This document shows, piece after piece, positions 35,149 through 48,161 of a stretch of DNA of 52,830 bases. Position 1 is the stretch's first letter; every line of letters begins with the position of its first letter. The position numbers and the translations under genes are program-made. Location: contig MQRK01216771.1 in NCBI GenBank assembly GCA_001938485.1, forward strand, positions 1 through 52,830, read 5' to 3'. A model generated the notes under the pieces. The model saw only the letters and a list, made by a program, of their open reading frames with translations. It did not search any database and was not told where the DNA came from. This stretch comes from Girardia tigrina (lineage: Eukaryota).

Positions 35149-36519
35149 TTTACAATGTTTGTTACTCCGAACTATTTATTTCCAAAAAAGTCTTGTCCAA
35201 AAAATTAAAAAATTTAATTCAAATTTTTGGTAATCCAAAATATTTTTTTTAAAAACTTATATAAATAAATTATTTGAACTTATTTAATTATAAATATTAT
35301 ATTACAAATTAATTATTCAAAAATTTTAGTCACAAAAAACCCCTAACATGAATCATACATGTATTGATTGTCTCCTATTTTAGATACTACTTTCTTAAAT
35401 CCTTTTATTAGTAAAAGAACATCAAACATAGATTTACATAAAATATTTTTAAGGTTTCTAAATCACTTTTTCCTACTTAAAATCCGTCCGATCTAAGATA
35501 TTTACAAAGAAAAAATAAATGTCTGCCTCAAAACAGAAAATGTGGTAATTAAATTTTCAAAAATAATTTCTATTTTTTATTTTGTTAGCAAAAACTCAAA
35601 AAAATCTTGCTAAAAATTATAATTTATTGAATTTCGTTGATTCTTGTCTCACTTTTCACAGGAAAATATTAGTAATACCGAAAAGAAATTGACAATGTTC
35701 TAGCTAGTGTGTCTTTATAGTCTTTCGTTTTCATTTTAAGTTCTGTAACAAGGGTCAAAGAAGGTCAACTGATTTAGATTGTTTCTTAATGTTCATTAAT
35801 AATGAGTATTTTGAATGAATAATATATTAAATCGTAAATATTTTTATCAGTATTAAAAGGTCTTTTACTTATTAAGATAATTATTAATAATAAATAAAAT
35901 AAAAAGAAATTCTAGAATTTTAAAAAGGAATATGTAGTCAATATAGTGGTATTGCAATAGTTTCAATCCGTAATTTCAAACATTGTGGTACACCCTGTCG
36001 TGGGGGTAATTCGCACATTAAAATTCGCTCATAAAATTCACATTAGTAATTCGCTCATCTAAAAATAAGCAACAAGTGTGTATAATTCTAAGTATTTGAG
36101 GTCTTTTTATAATTAATTTTAAAAACTATTTTAATTTTCGTTCTGTAATATATATTTTGAAAAATTGCTGTTTTCCTTAGCAATTTTAAACTGACTTTTG
36201 CTTAAAACCCATGATTTATTTCGGAGAACAATCAACTTCGTAATCCTTAAACCACCGTAATCCTTTTTATTTGAACTCCGGCACCGACTATTGACAGTAC
36301 CATCTCTATTGTAATAAGTGTTGCTAAAACAGCTTCAAAGGCGGTAGATATTTTTGTTAGTCAGATGTTACCAGTGTAACAGCGTTCCCATTGGTTGTTG
36401 CCTTAAATATAGTGTAGGTTAATTGTAGACTATACATAAATAATTGGCATAAAAGTAAATACCAATAGAGACAAGAAAATCTAGTTATAATAACTGTTTG
36501 GGTAAAAAAACCTTTTACA

Positions 36520-36620
36520 GCACTAGAAGTTCTGTCTGAAAAAAACATAGCACATATGTAGTGGTTGTGAAGGGGAACCGCCTTTGTGCATATCACCTTC
36601 TTTCGAACTGTACAATAAGC
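36520..36620 (+). pseudogene. piggyBac transposase C-terminal Cys-rich remnant
   Basis: HICSGCEGEPPLCISP..FELY resembles the C..C...P.LC...CF..YH motif. Confidence 0.45.
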
Positions 36621-37423
36621 GTAGAGACTACCGAGATGCTTATTATTATGAATTATGAGTTTTTCTAACGAAGTCCCTTAACAAAGTAATTGCGTTTTGG
36701 AAACAATAACCCTTTAGTTATGTGCCAGTTTAAGGGTTTTATATGAATAATTAATTATAACTCTGTTCCTGAAAAATGGGAGGGAGTGTAAAAAGTACAA
36801 AGAAAGAATTTTTGATATGTTTGTGGATGGCATGGAACAAAATGTTTAGGAAACATTGGTTTAAATGATGTTCTGGTGAATCAACAAAATACATTTTAAT
36901 TGAATTATTGATTTTTTTAATTTGACAATGTGCCAATTTTATTTAAATTCATTAAAAAATGCATTTTCATTCTGGGGCATCAAAATGGTTTTGTTATTAA
37001 ATTAAAAATTTTCAATTATTAGACTTCTCTTCTAATGGGATTTTTATTTAACATAATTTTGTAATTTAAAGAGCTATAAAAGTATTGTTTATATAAATGA
37101 AAAATGCTTGAAAATTAAAAATTTTAAAAAGAACTTGAATTAAAAATCAAAATGTAGAAATAAAAGAAACAAAAAAAGAACGAGAATTTGAATTAAAGGA
37201 CTAGCGTTAGAAGAAAGATGTATCTACTCTCATCAAATAAAAGATAAAATATGATATCAAAACTTGATTTTATTATAGTTTTAAACTTCTAATATTGGCA
37301 TTTAGGATTACAATTAATATCTTTTTTTAAAAAAATAAGTATAAACCAATGAGGTCACACCGATCAACATTCAGTCTTCTTTGAAGGAAGTTCTGAAGTT
37401 AATGTGATACACAATGATGACCC

Positions 37424-37604
37424 GGGGTACCGAACTAATTACAACAACGAATTAATTAAAACACCTAATTATTTACAACGAAATGATAATAAAATAATAA
37501 TAATCCAACAGTTTAGAGCCGAATAAATGTATTTGTAAACATAAATTTTACACAAAATATTACAGTGTTGTAATTATTTCGGTTTTGTAATTAATTCGGT
37601 AACC
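37424..37604. mobile_element. Mutator-type MITE
   Basis: TIR GGGTACCGAACTAATTACAA / TTGTAATTAATTCGGTAACC, flanked by the 10-bp direct repeat ATGATGACCC. Confidence 0.8.
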
Positions 37605-37759
37605 ATGATGACCCTAGTCTGTTCGAATATACATTATTTTGTATTAAAATATTTTAAATTAACGATATAAATATAAATAAATATTGTATTGCATATTTTA
37701 GTTAATTTTAAATATTTAAACATTAATTTAATTATTTCATTAAAATAAATTATAAATTA

Positions 37760-38247
37760 CTCTAAAACTTCCAATAATCCCCCTGGGAGATTACTCTATA
37801 TTTTTTAAAAAAAGTTTGAAAAAAAAATACATGGGGAATTATTAGAAATTTTTAAAAATCAAAAAAAATTTAGAAAATCAAATTTCTTCATTAATTTCTG
37901 AATAGCTAGATTCCGAATAGTCCTCAGTGAGGACTCCTCACCATCAAGATCTTGATGATTTATACTAGCACAATATTTTTTTCTAATTTTGATACCAAAT
38001 TGTGCATCTTTGGCAATGAGCAAGCTCATTCCTTCTTCTAAGAAACAAGAATAAAAACTTTTTATAATCAGTTCTTTAGAAAAAGTATCCCAAGCAAAAT
38101 TAACCCATTTCGAAATCAGCTGGCATGGCGGAGGTATTTGAAAAAAAAATTTTCAGCGTGGGAAATTATTAGAAGGGGGGATTATTTTCGAGAAAAATTT
38201 CGATCTGAAAAAATAACTGTCCTGGGGGATTATTAGAAGTTTTAGAG
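37760..38247 (-). mobile_element. pogo/Tigger-like deletion derivative
   Basis: TA|CTCTAAAACTTCCAATAATCCCCC...GGGGGATTATTAGAAGTTTTAGAG|TA. The internal translation PPPCQLISKWVNFAWDTFSKELIIKSFYSC is like the end of a pogo-type DDE transposase. Confidence 0.85.
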
Positions 38248-40251
38248 TATATTCCAATTATATTTGTTAATTTGTTTGTATCATTTGTTGTACTTCATAA
38301 AAATAAGATTGTAAAGAAATTTTATAGGAAGTATTTCAAACAATCGACTGACGATATTCAAAGATGAACAAAACATGAATCAAAGTGTTAAAATAATACA
38401 AAAGTTTTTTTGTGTTTAATGTCTGAAAACTGTTTACAGTTCTAAAAGATTTATATGTTGCTTTAATTAATTATTTTTAATTAATATATTTTTCGAAAAA
38501 ACTTCCAAACAATAATGATAATACTTTTTCAGGAAAGTTTTATTTCCTTTATCTAAACAAATTTTTCTACGCTTATTCTTTAAATTCCTTTTTACTAAAG
38601 ATCTCAACAAATGTTTCTCTCAAAATTTCAGTTCCTTTTGTTTGTTTACTATTTGCAAAACGGTTACGATTTTACTTAATTAAAAATAGTTTGGGATTTA
38701 CGATTTATAAATAGAATTTAAAATCTTGTAAAAATTTTTTTGGAAGAGATTATTATTTTTTATTAAATACCAAAATTTAGAATTGTAAAATGAATCCTTT
38801 CCAAAATATAGATGTATTAAATTAACACTTAATACTTTCAGTTGTCTTTGTGACTGTTATTGTGATTGTAAGAATTATCCATTAAAGTCGGAAATCGAAA
38901 GTAACGTTTATTTTAAATCACAATTAAATTATGCGTGTAATTAATAATTACGTTGATCGATTAAAACACTTTCAGGAGTTTATATAATCATATTATGGAT
39001 CCTTTATATATTTATAATTAGAGATATGAATTTAAATATAAATTTGTGTTGATATTAATTTAATTATCCTAACAGTGATTGTTAGATTTTGTTGGACTCT
39101 GTTTTATTTAAATTAGACTCAGACATAATATCAAAAATTTATTATATTACACGTTTTCCAAATAAATGTTTCATCAACAGTATTTAAACAAACTTAATTG
39201 TTTGAGAAACATTTTTTATAAATCTTAAACCGATATAAATAAAAATAGTTATAATATTGATATTTGATTTTATTATAATTTTATAAATTTCAGTTTTACA
39301 CCTGTGAGGAATATTTGGTGTATGGATGTTTTCATGTTTAAATGTTGTGTATTGACTTGGGATTGTGCATCTCCTAATCAGATGGATGATTAATATTTTA
39401 ATTCTTATTATCTGAAACTAATTTATTTAAATGTAGATTTAATATCCAAATTTTTAATTTTTATTATTGTAACTTTTAAATAATTTTATTGATTGTATTT
39501 TTGTAAAAATTAAAATCAAATTAATGTTTAAAAATGATTATAAAAAGTCATTTTATTTTATCCTATAAAATTTCAATTAAATATTTAAAATAAAATAACT
39601 TTCTTCAAGTTAGTTTAGATTGTAAGGAGGAGTATTAAAACATTGAGTGTCGGAATTAAGTGAAAGTAATACTATTAATCATCATAGAGATCAAAATTGT
39701 GAATGTTCTGTCAGATATGTGAGTTCTCTTAACAAAACCTTTAAAATTTTATAAATTTTAAATTACACTAACATTATCAAATATTGATTCGTTTCGTCAA
39801 TTTTTATTAAAAAAAATCTATTATCATTAATAAATAATTATACATTTAATAAATTTACATTTTAATTTGTATAATTAATTTTAACATTCTTTCAAAAAAT
39901 TTCCATAAAATTTCTGAATTCCTAACAGTGAAGATGAGAAATAAATGATATTCATTATTGTTTAATTACGGAACTACGAAACTGCATATTAATTTATTGT
40001 TGATTTATAAATAAAGATTATAAAATTCATTTTCTTTTGTTTTACAAGTTTCATCAAGTCACTTCTTTGGCTTAATCCGTGAAAGCTGTGTATGGATATT
40101 TTAAATTCGTGTAATGTTATACCACATACAATATGTTATTACCGTTATTTTCTTCCGAGAATCTGAAAGCGATTGTGTGGTATAAAATATAAAAAATTCT
40201 GAGAACAGGAAATATCCTATATAAGCCTTAAAAATTTTAAATTATTGTTTA

Positions 40252-40642
40252 TATTTATTTTTATCGTTACTATTTTTTATCAACAGAATATATTTACCAT
40301 TTAAAAATTTTAAATAAAGATTATTTTAAAATTATTTTAGGATCATTGAATTAAAAAGATAAAAATGATAAGTTAACAAAAAAATCCATTAGTTCCTGTA
40401 TTATGAAATTACATATTATTTTTTTTACAAAAACTTATTTTTATTTATTTTTATCGTTACTATTTTTTATAAACAGAATATATTTACCATTTAAAAATTT
40501 TAAATAAAGATTATTTTTAAAATTACTTTAGGATCATTGAATTAAAAAGATTAAAATGATAAAAATGATAAGTTAACAAAAAGTCCATTAGTTCCTGTAT
40601 TATGAAATTTCATATTATTAAATTTTTACGAAAACTTATTTT
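40252..40642. repeat. Tandem duplication, ~190-200-bp unit x2
   Basis: TATTTATTTTTATCGTTACTATTTTTTAT...AAAACTTATTTT is repeated with few differences. Confidence 0.9.
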
Positions 40643-41311
40643 AAATCATATATTAAATAAATGATACTCAGTTTAGTCTGTAAAAAATATAAACGTGTTT
40701 AAAAAGCATAAAAATATTTAAAATATTAGATGTTCTAGACACATCCCTCGGAAGCGAATCCGAATATTCCATAATTAGAAAATTTAATTTGGTCAAAAAC
40801 AATAAAATGGAAATAAAAAAACGAAGTCAATTCTAAAAATATTTATTTGTTTATTTAAATTTTTTTTCTCACCTACAGTATTTAAACATTTTTTTCCGTT
40901 TCGACAAATTATTTGAAAAACATTTTTTTTGTAAATTTTTATCAATCCAAAACCGGAAAAAATTATAATATTAATATTGAATTTTAATTTCATTATGTGA
41001 ATTTTCATTTCACAAAAGTTTTTCTCACTTATTTTCCTCACTTTAATAAAGAATTTCAAATGACTTTTAATTTTCGAATTGAAAACGGGTCTTGATCGTA
41101 AAAATGTCGTTTTTGCTCAGTCTTTTGAAATACTATTTATATCTATCGATGGTTTTCACAAGACCATGTTCTCCTCCACATTCCAATGTATTTAAATTGG
41201 TATTATTTATACAGAGCCATCATGAAAACCTGACCATAATTGTTTATGTAATATTTGATAAGAGATTTTTTTTAATCGTTCTTAATCTTTCCTGTATGTG
41301 GATTTCGATTT

Positions 41312-41668
41312 TTTTTGGTACCGTAGCCGTTGGACCATGGCTGCACTCAATTATGGACAAACATTTATGGCTTGGTTTTGTATATTTTTGAGTGTCTCAG
41401 TAGGCAAGGAACCTGGTGGCGCCTATCTTCTCTCCAGGTATGGATGGCCGTTGGCTCCATCCTGCTTGGTGTCCACACTTCCTCTTCACCCAGGTTGCTC
41501 TTGGTGAGGGAGCCGGTTTAGTCCCAAACCATTCGACCATGGGACATGTATTACAGGTTTACATGGTACCTGTAGTAGACAGATAGTCTGACCTGACCTG
41601 TAGTCAATGGCCCCGTTGGTTACTTAACTTAAAAGATCGAACGAGATCCGGCGTACCCAACTACGGCC
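41312..41668 (-). mobile_element. 5S rRNA-derived SINE (SINE3-like)
   Basis: The minus strand starts GGCCGTAG..ACGCCGGATCTCGTTCGATCTTTTAAGTTAAG..CGGGGCC (5S-like, with box A) and ends GGTACC plus an A-run. It is flanked by ATTTCGATTT and ATTTTGATTT. Confidence 0.75.
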
Positions 41669-42121
41669 ATTTTGATTTACAATATTGAATATTTATATAT
41701 CGTTCATAGAATATATCCGTTCATAAAATATCAATTTATATGGTGAACATACATATGGTGTATATGCTCTTATTTTGGAAATAAAATTTAACAGATTGTA
41801 AGTAAAAATTTAGTAACAGTAGTTAACACTAATTTTTTTTGGAATTTGTATTTGAATTATTTGAATTTCCGTAAATCTAAAATTAAAAATTTGAAATTGA
41901 GATAAAAATAGTGCAAACAAATTGTATTTTCTTATCAAATATATTTTAGTTATGCTATTTTTATGGTTCTTCAAATAAGATAAGAACAGAGTTTCTATTT
42001 CAATCATGTTAAAGTAATTTAGCAATATAAAAATTATTGTTACTTATAAAAATTTTCAATGACTTTTAAAGTTTAATCCATTTTTTAAATTGAATGAAAC
42101 AATTTTACCTATGATGGTTAA

Positions 42122-42352
42122 CCCCTTTACCGTGGAAAAAAATTTTTTTTGGAAACTGTGTAATTGTTTTCTTTCATTATTTGATTTGTTATGTTGTCCT
42201 GACAAAATAAAACATTGTGAGTGAAAATGAGTTGACATTTAGAACAGATGACACAGACGACTTTTATGTATCTGAAGATGAGTTAACTCGTGATGTACGG
42301 TTAAGCCCAAGATTTCATATGACGAGTTAACTCGTGATACACGGTAAAGGGG
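42122..42352. mobile_element. piggyBac-type MITE
   Basis: TTAA|CCCCTTTACCGTG...CACGGTAAAGGGG|TTAA, with internal repeat GAGTTAACTCGTGAT twice. Confidence 0.85.
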
Positions 42353-42565
42353 TTAATTGGTTTAAATTAATTATTTTTATAAAGTTTGAAAGTAATTTTC
42401 GTATCAAATTTAAGGTTAATTTGGAAGCGTATGAAGAAAATAGTGTTCATAAATATCGATTTGTTTCTGCTTCTTAGTAAGCGTACAAATATTGTTTCTG
42501 AAAAATATTTTGACTGAGTATTAATGATTTGAGTTATTTGTTGATTCTTCTTTTTCTTTTATATA

Positions 42566-43748
42566 CAGTGTGTGGCAGCTATTTGACCACACACAATATA
42601 GGCGCCACACTTTCCTATGGGTTTTTGTAACATAATTTTTCTGTTGAAAGTTGACATTGCAGAACCTACTCTTGCGAAAGAAATGAAGAAACATGCAGTT
42701 ATAGTTTCCTTGGATGCAGGACACACTGATTCAAAAAATCCTGCTTTCTTGTCCCGATTATTTGTATTTAAAGTTCGGAGAAAAATGTGAGTTGCAAAGA
42801 GTGACGTGGCGAAAGTTTCCAAAAAGAAATGACAAATTCGACGTTCTGACAGTATCAGGACACCAGATTTTATAAGTCAAGTCCAAGCTGCTATCGAAAA
42901 GAACTCTGGGAAGTCGATGAGGGCACTGACCAGAGACCTGCAGGTTAATGATTCTACCATCCGACGTGTGGTTCTTGAGGACCGTCATTACAAACCATAT
43001 TTGATGCGGAGAGGACAGTTCATGTTGGAAAGAACTAAGGTGAACCGCTTGACTAGAAATAAGCACCTTTTGAACAAGCTCAAATATCCCGATGATTTAG
43101 GAATGATCTGGTTTTTCTCAGACGAGAAGGGGAACTTCAAAAATGATGGGTGACTGTGTAAAAGTCCTGATATGGTACGTACGGTCATGTATACCAAATT
43201 TCCAGTTTGATTGGTGGTTTCGGTATTGTTAGTTAAAGGGGATGTTATACCTCCACATTTTTTACATCAGGTGCCAGAGTCAATGCCGTTGCTTAAGCCG
43301 AGGGGTTAACCACAGCTGTCAAGCCTTGGATTGCTACTGTAGCACGTGGGATGCCTTATATTTTTCAACAAGACTCAGAATCTTTTCATACAACTAGAAC
43401 AACTCAAGAATGGATGGCTGAGAATTTTCACGACCATGTCACATCTAAATTTTGGCCCTCCAGCTTATCAGATGCCAATCCACTGAATTTTCCTGTAGTT
43501 GAGAGGGACTCAAATAATTCCCAGCAACGTCGTTTCAGCTGTCATAGCTGCTTAGTGGATGCAATGACAAACATTCCGAAGGCCCATTTCATTACTGCCT
43601 GAGATGGTGGGTTCATTAAATGACGTCGTCCTTTATGTATGTGTTCATCTATATAAAACTTTAATATGTAATAAATGTTCTTTTTTACTTTTTCTATTCA
43701 TTTTTTCCATCGGACATCATTTTGTTCTCAAATAGCTTCTGCACCCTG
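42566..43748 (+). mobile_element. Near full-length degenerate mariner-like element (maT/DD37D-like)
   Basis: TA|CAGTGTGTGGCAGCTATTTGA...TCAAATAGCTTCTGCACCCTG|TA. Transposase pseudogene with KSMRALTRDLQV..TIRRVVLED, WFFSDEK, FQQDS and WPSS..DANPL. Confidence 0.88.
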
Positions 43749-43775
43749 TATTTAACTTTTCAAAATATTACGATA

Positions 43776-43832
43776 CAGTAAAGATTCACAAAATACAACG
43801 AAATATCAGTTGCAATTTGTGAATCTTTACTG
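43776..43832. mobile_element. 57-bp minimal Tc1/pogo-type MITE
   Basis: TA|CAGTAAAGATTCACAAA...TTTGTGAATCTTTACTG|TA, a perfect 17-bp TIR. Confidence 0.75.
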
Positions 43833-44746
43833 TACATGTACTTTTAATGGAAGAGTGGCTGATAATTAATAAATAATAAAATAAATAAAAACTGTCCTCG
43901 CGACATTTTAATGCATATAAATGATTTCCTAATTATAAAAAAATGTAACAACTAATTTTACCATGTCTGCGCAGTTTTCAAATTCAATAAAAACTAATGA
44001 TAACGAATGATCGAGAGATATATTAGATCATTCTTTAATCATTAACAATGAAGAGTATAATTCTAATCAATTTACAAGAATAGATTTTTAGAAGATAAGT
44101 AGAGAAAAAATGTTATTTAATGCAAATTTATCTGCAATATTAAAAATCAATCGACTAAAAGGGTAAAACTGACATTTATCTGAAATAATTTTTGTCTGAA
44201 AGTCTAATAGATGAATGAATATTTTATGGCAACTTAATTGAAAATGTAAATGGTCAGTTTTTGATGCAGATAACAGCATCATTAGATCAGTCATTTTATT
44301 TCTTCATTTTAGATTTTCTCCTAATTGGCAAATGCTTTCAGAATATCATTAATTAATTCGTTGAATTTTTAAGAGGTTGTAATATTATGCGTTTTATAAA
44401 ACTGGTATGTCATTTAATAATATATAGACAAAGTTTAAGTGACATTTTTGAGGAATATTTTTGAATGGAGTTTATTGTATGCTTTTTTAGGATTGTGCTT
44501 TTCCTACCCAGATGGAAGATTGACAATTTGAATGTTTTGAACCATCAGATTATTCGGACAATTTTGAAATGTAAATAACAACTTTAAAATTAAATTATTA
44601 TATTTTAATTAATAAATATATAGGGGCATTATAAAAAATATTTTTTTTTGCTTAAATATAAAAAATAGAATTTTTTTGTTGAATTATAAAGCATAGATTT
44701 TTTTTGCTTAAATATAAAATATGACGGAAGTGTTTTCGAGCATATC

Positions 44747-45040
44747 ATGAACGAATTCAGGCATGATAATCCGGATTTTTACAATATGCTGATTTTATAC
44801 CCTTTTTGCACTTGGGCAAATTCAAAGTGCCCCCTTCCAAGATATGGTCAGAACACGCCAAATTCTGCAGAATCTTTAAATTCTGCACTAAAAAAGTTTG
44901 TCACAAAAGATATTTGCAATTTAATTGTTTCAATCAATAATTACTACATGGAAGTTTTCAGTACCAGAAGAAATGAAGTTCATAATGTTTATATTTTTGA
45001 CAATCAAACAAAAAGATTAGATTCCAATATTGCAATATGT
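44747..45040 (+). pseudogene. MULE/MuDR transposase fragment
   Basis: W....P.PRYGQNTPNSAESLNSALK includes the T.N.AES.N motif that carries the catalytic E. Confidence 0.75.
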
Positions 45041-45371
45041 CTATTAAGAACATTTAGACAAGTCTCATTTGAATTTTTATTGCAATTACATTTAGAGTCA
45101 TTACAACTCTCAGAAGGTTATTCATCGTTTGCTATCGTTCTAATTGGTTTTCTTATTTCTGTTTTTAATCATGATTACTCGAACAATTTTTCTAAGTTAT
45201 TTTTTAAAATATTTAACCTCTAAAAATATTAATTAAAAAATAATAATTTTTACCATTTCTCAATAAATCCCAAAATAATAAAAATTTCATCAAATTATTA
45301 AAAATGCATTTAATTTAAATTTTACTAAAAATTATTAAACTTAATTTTAATTGTGAAATTAAAAATATAAA

Positions 45372-45538
45372 CTTATCAAATGATTATTTTAATTATGTTC
45401 GAATAGTCAATCCTTTAAATTTAATAAAAATATCAATTTCCATCTGGGTGGGAGATCACCATTCTAAATTCAACATACTTAAATCAACATACAGCATCCA
45501 TACATTTACACATTCAAACAATTTAAAATATTCTTCAA
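45372..45538 (-). repeat. Fragment of the LTR family at 51864; further fragments at ~29305-29390, 39303-39390, 44447-44530 and 46925-46964
   Basis: Shared (TG)TGAGGAATATTT start and CCCAGATGGAA core. Confidence 0.75.
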
Positions 45539-45623
45539 TGTCGACTCTATTCTATTGAACAGTCAAGCAATGATATATTTTTAGTTAATTGTCTGTATAT
45601 TACAGATTTTAATTTGAAGACAT

Positions 45624-46900
45624 TAGAGCGGAAGCCGTATCTCCATTCCAATTTTCCCATTGATTGAATTTCAAGATTGAGCTTTTTATGTTTCAACAAA
45701 ATATCGAGTTTTTCTTTGACGTTTATTATTTCTGATTTTAATTTGTCTTTGTCTTTTTGGGTCGATTCCATAAATTCTTTTTGAGTTTTATCTTCTTTAG
45801 TTTTTTAGCGCAATTTCCATACTGACAATTGCGATTATTAATTGGTTATTTCTGTGTGGATGGATGGATGGATGTGTGTCCGCAGCTTTAAGTCGTATCT
45901 CCTCCTCAACGAAGCAATATCGAGGGCTAGTTCCAAAAGCAAATATGTTAAGCAAGTTCGGAGGATGATTGTGGGCCAAAAAAATTCCCGGAATTCCTTC
46001 CTGGATTTCCCGCAAAATCCAAAAAACCTCTAAAAAATGCAGTTTTTGGCCTATATCTCGGCAACCAGACCACTTAGCGACTTGAAACATTTACCAATCG
46101 ATTCCTGCAATAATTTAGAACAATATTGCCAAAGAAAGTTTTCAAAAATANNNNNNNNNNNNNNNNNNNNNNNNNNNNNNNNNNNNNNNNNNNNNNNNNN
46201 ATCCTTTCGTTCGGTCACAAAAAATTAATCATAGTCAAATACTGATATAAACGTTTTAATATTTGGGCACCGAATAACATAAGGAAATTGCGCTTAAATT
46301 GTCACTAGACTTTTTATTAGCTTGTTTTAATTCAAAATCAGACATCACTGACTTCGAATTCTTGGTTTTTATTGAACGCTTCAATTTCAGCTTCAAGTGA
46401 AGTCAGCAGTGGCAGTACATACGGGAATGCGTGATTATCGCGATAATCGAGATCGAGTTTCTTGGATTTTGTGGACAATGACAATCGGTTGTTTTGTTTC
46501 GAGTATTTCTCGAGATATTTCAACACATTCGATAAATTGTTCGACTTAACGGCCGAATGGAGCTTGTTTTCTTTTACCATTGTGTCATAATAGTTTGAAA
46601 ATCGGTCAAATTTCAAATTCAGACTTTCTTTTTATTTTTATTCAGAAATAAACCAGAAAAGAAGTTCAAACTTTTATTTTAAATTGTTTTTCAAAATTGT
46701 GACAATTTTATCAAATACACAACAATTTACCAATGGATTCATTTAAACAAACCAAATCACTTAAAATTTGTTCGAAATTACGGCTATTATCAATCGCCGA
46801 ATTTAAATTATTTATTTACTTTATTATTTTTTTTAATTTTTAACTTTAAACTACTTATTTATTTTTTATTAATTATATATTTTATATAATTTATTTATGA
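45624..46900. mobile_element. Third member of the TGG...CCA family (left end retained, right end not seen)
   Basis: TAGAGCGGAAGCCGTATCTCCA matches TGGACAGGAAGCCGTATCTCCA at 22002. It contains decayed minus-strand ORFs. Confidence 0.55.
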
Positions 46901-48056
46901 ATATTTCAATCAAAATTTCAATCAAACAACATACAATAAACACCATTCAAAAATATTCCTCACAAAGTCCACGTTTTTTAGTCAAATATAAATAAACTGA
47001 AGTTATCTTGTTATAAAAAAACGTTATTAGCAATAAAGCATATTGATTTTAGTAGAAAAAAGGGTTGATAATTATTTAGAACACCGCAATCCGATTTCAT
47101 ACATTTATGCTTAAATTTAGTGTTATTTTCATGAGATAATAATCTATTAAAATGATATTAGATGCTTCAATGCTTTTCAATTGTGAATACAATTAAATTT
47201 CCACGTCAAATATTAATAAAAATATTTCAATATTTTTATAAAAATCAACATTTTTTTAATTAACAAGAAATAATCATCACTATATATTTTAAAATACAAG
47301 AAAAATAGATTCAAGAATCCAAAGGTGCAACAAAGTTGTTCATTTGATCATTATATCACGTTTAAATTTGATTTATTTGCTATAATACAAAGATCGCTCT
47401 CTAAATTGAACACTAAACTCGAAAAAAAATAAATGATTTTCATATTTTATAGTTTATTTAAAAACGGTTTAATATTGAAATACAACATAAAATAACTTTT
47501 ATAAAAAATAACAAAATTTTATTTCCTGATTGTCCTAATAAAATCTGTTATTTATAAGTTTCTTTCACTCTTTTCTTCAATTAAAAGTTGTTTTAAATCC
47601 ATAATTTTAAAATCTATTACCAAACTTGCAATTCTTGGAGCATTTCAACCACATTATATAGTGGTAAGTTATTTTTTAATTAATCTTCATAATTTTCATC
47701 CTGATCATCGACTCGTGGGTTCTCATCCATTTGAACTGTATAGGAATATCACCTTTCTTACTACTCATATCTGGGGATCACTAAAATAAAAATCAAAATT
47801 TTAATAAAAATGAAGTGTTCAAATTGAATAACTCACTTCTTATAAATTTCATAAATTATATACACAATTAATTAAATGAAAACCAATTTATGACAAAAAT
47901 CATAATAAATTGTGTTCATGTTCAAGAGCAGAAATGTATATTCTTATCATGTATTTTGGCGCTGTTCAGTTTTGGGAGCGACCACTGTATACATTATTTT
48001 GTTATCACATGTCGATTATGTTTTTGAAAATTATTGTCGTAATAAAAATAAATATA

Positions 48057-48161
48057 CTCAAACCTGTCTTTGTGCAATTTTTTATTTGTGCAATCTCATA
48101 CTCAAGAGATCGTAGAAATAAAAAATCGCATAAAAACGGACCGCATGAAAACAGGTTTGAG
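48057..48161. mobile_element. Small MITE-like inverted repeat
   Basis: CTCAAACCTGTCTTTGTGC / GCATGAAAACAGGTTTGAG. Confidence 0.5.

Noticed and set aside
41560-41668. Functional 5S rRNA gene
   Set aside because: It lacks the first nucleotides, the 3' half is degenerate, and it is fused to a body with A-tail and TSD.
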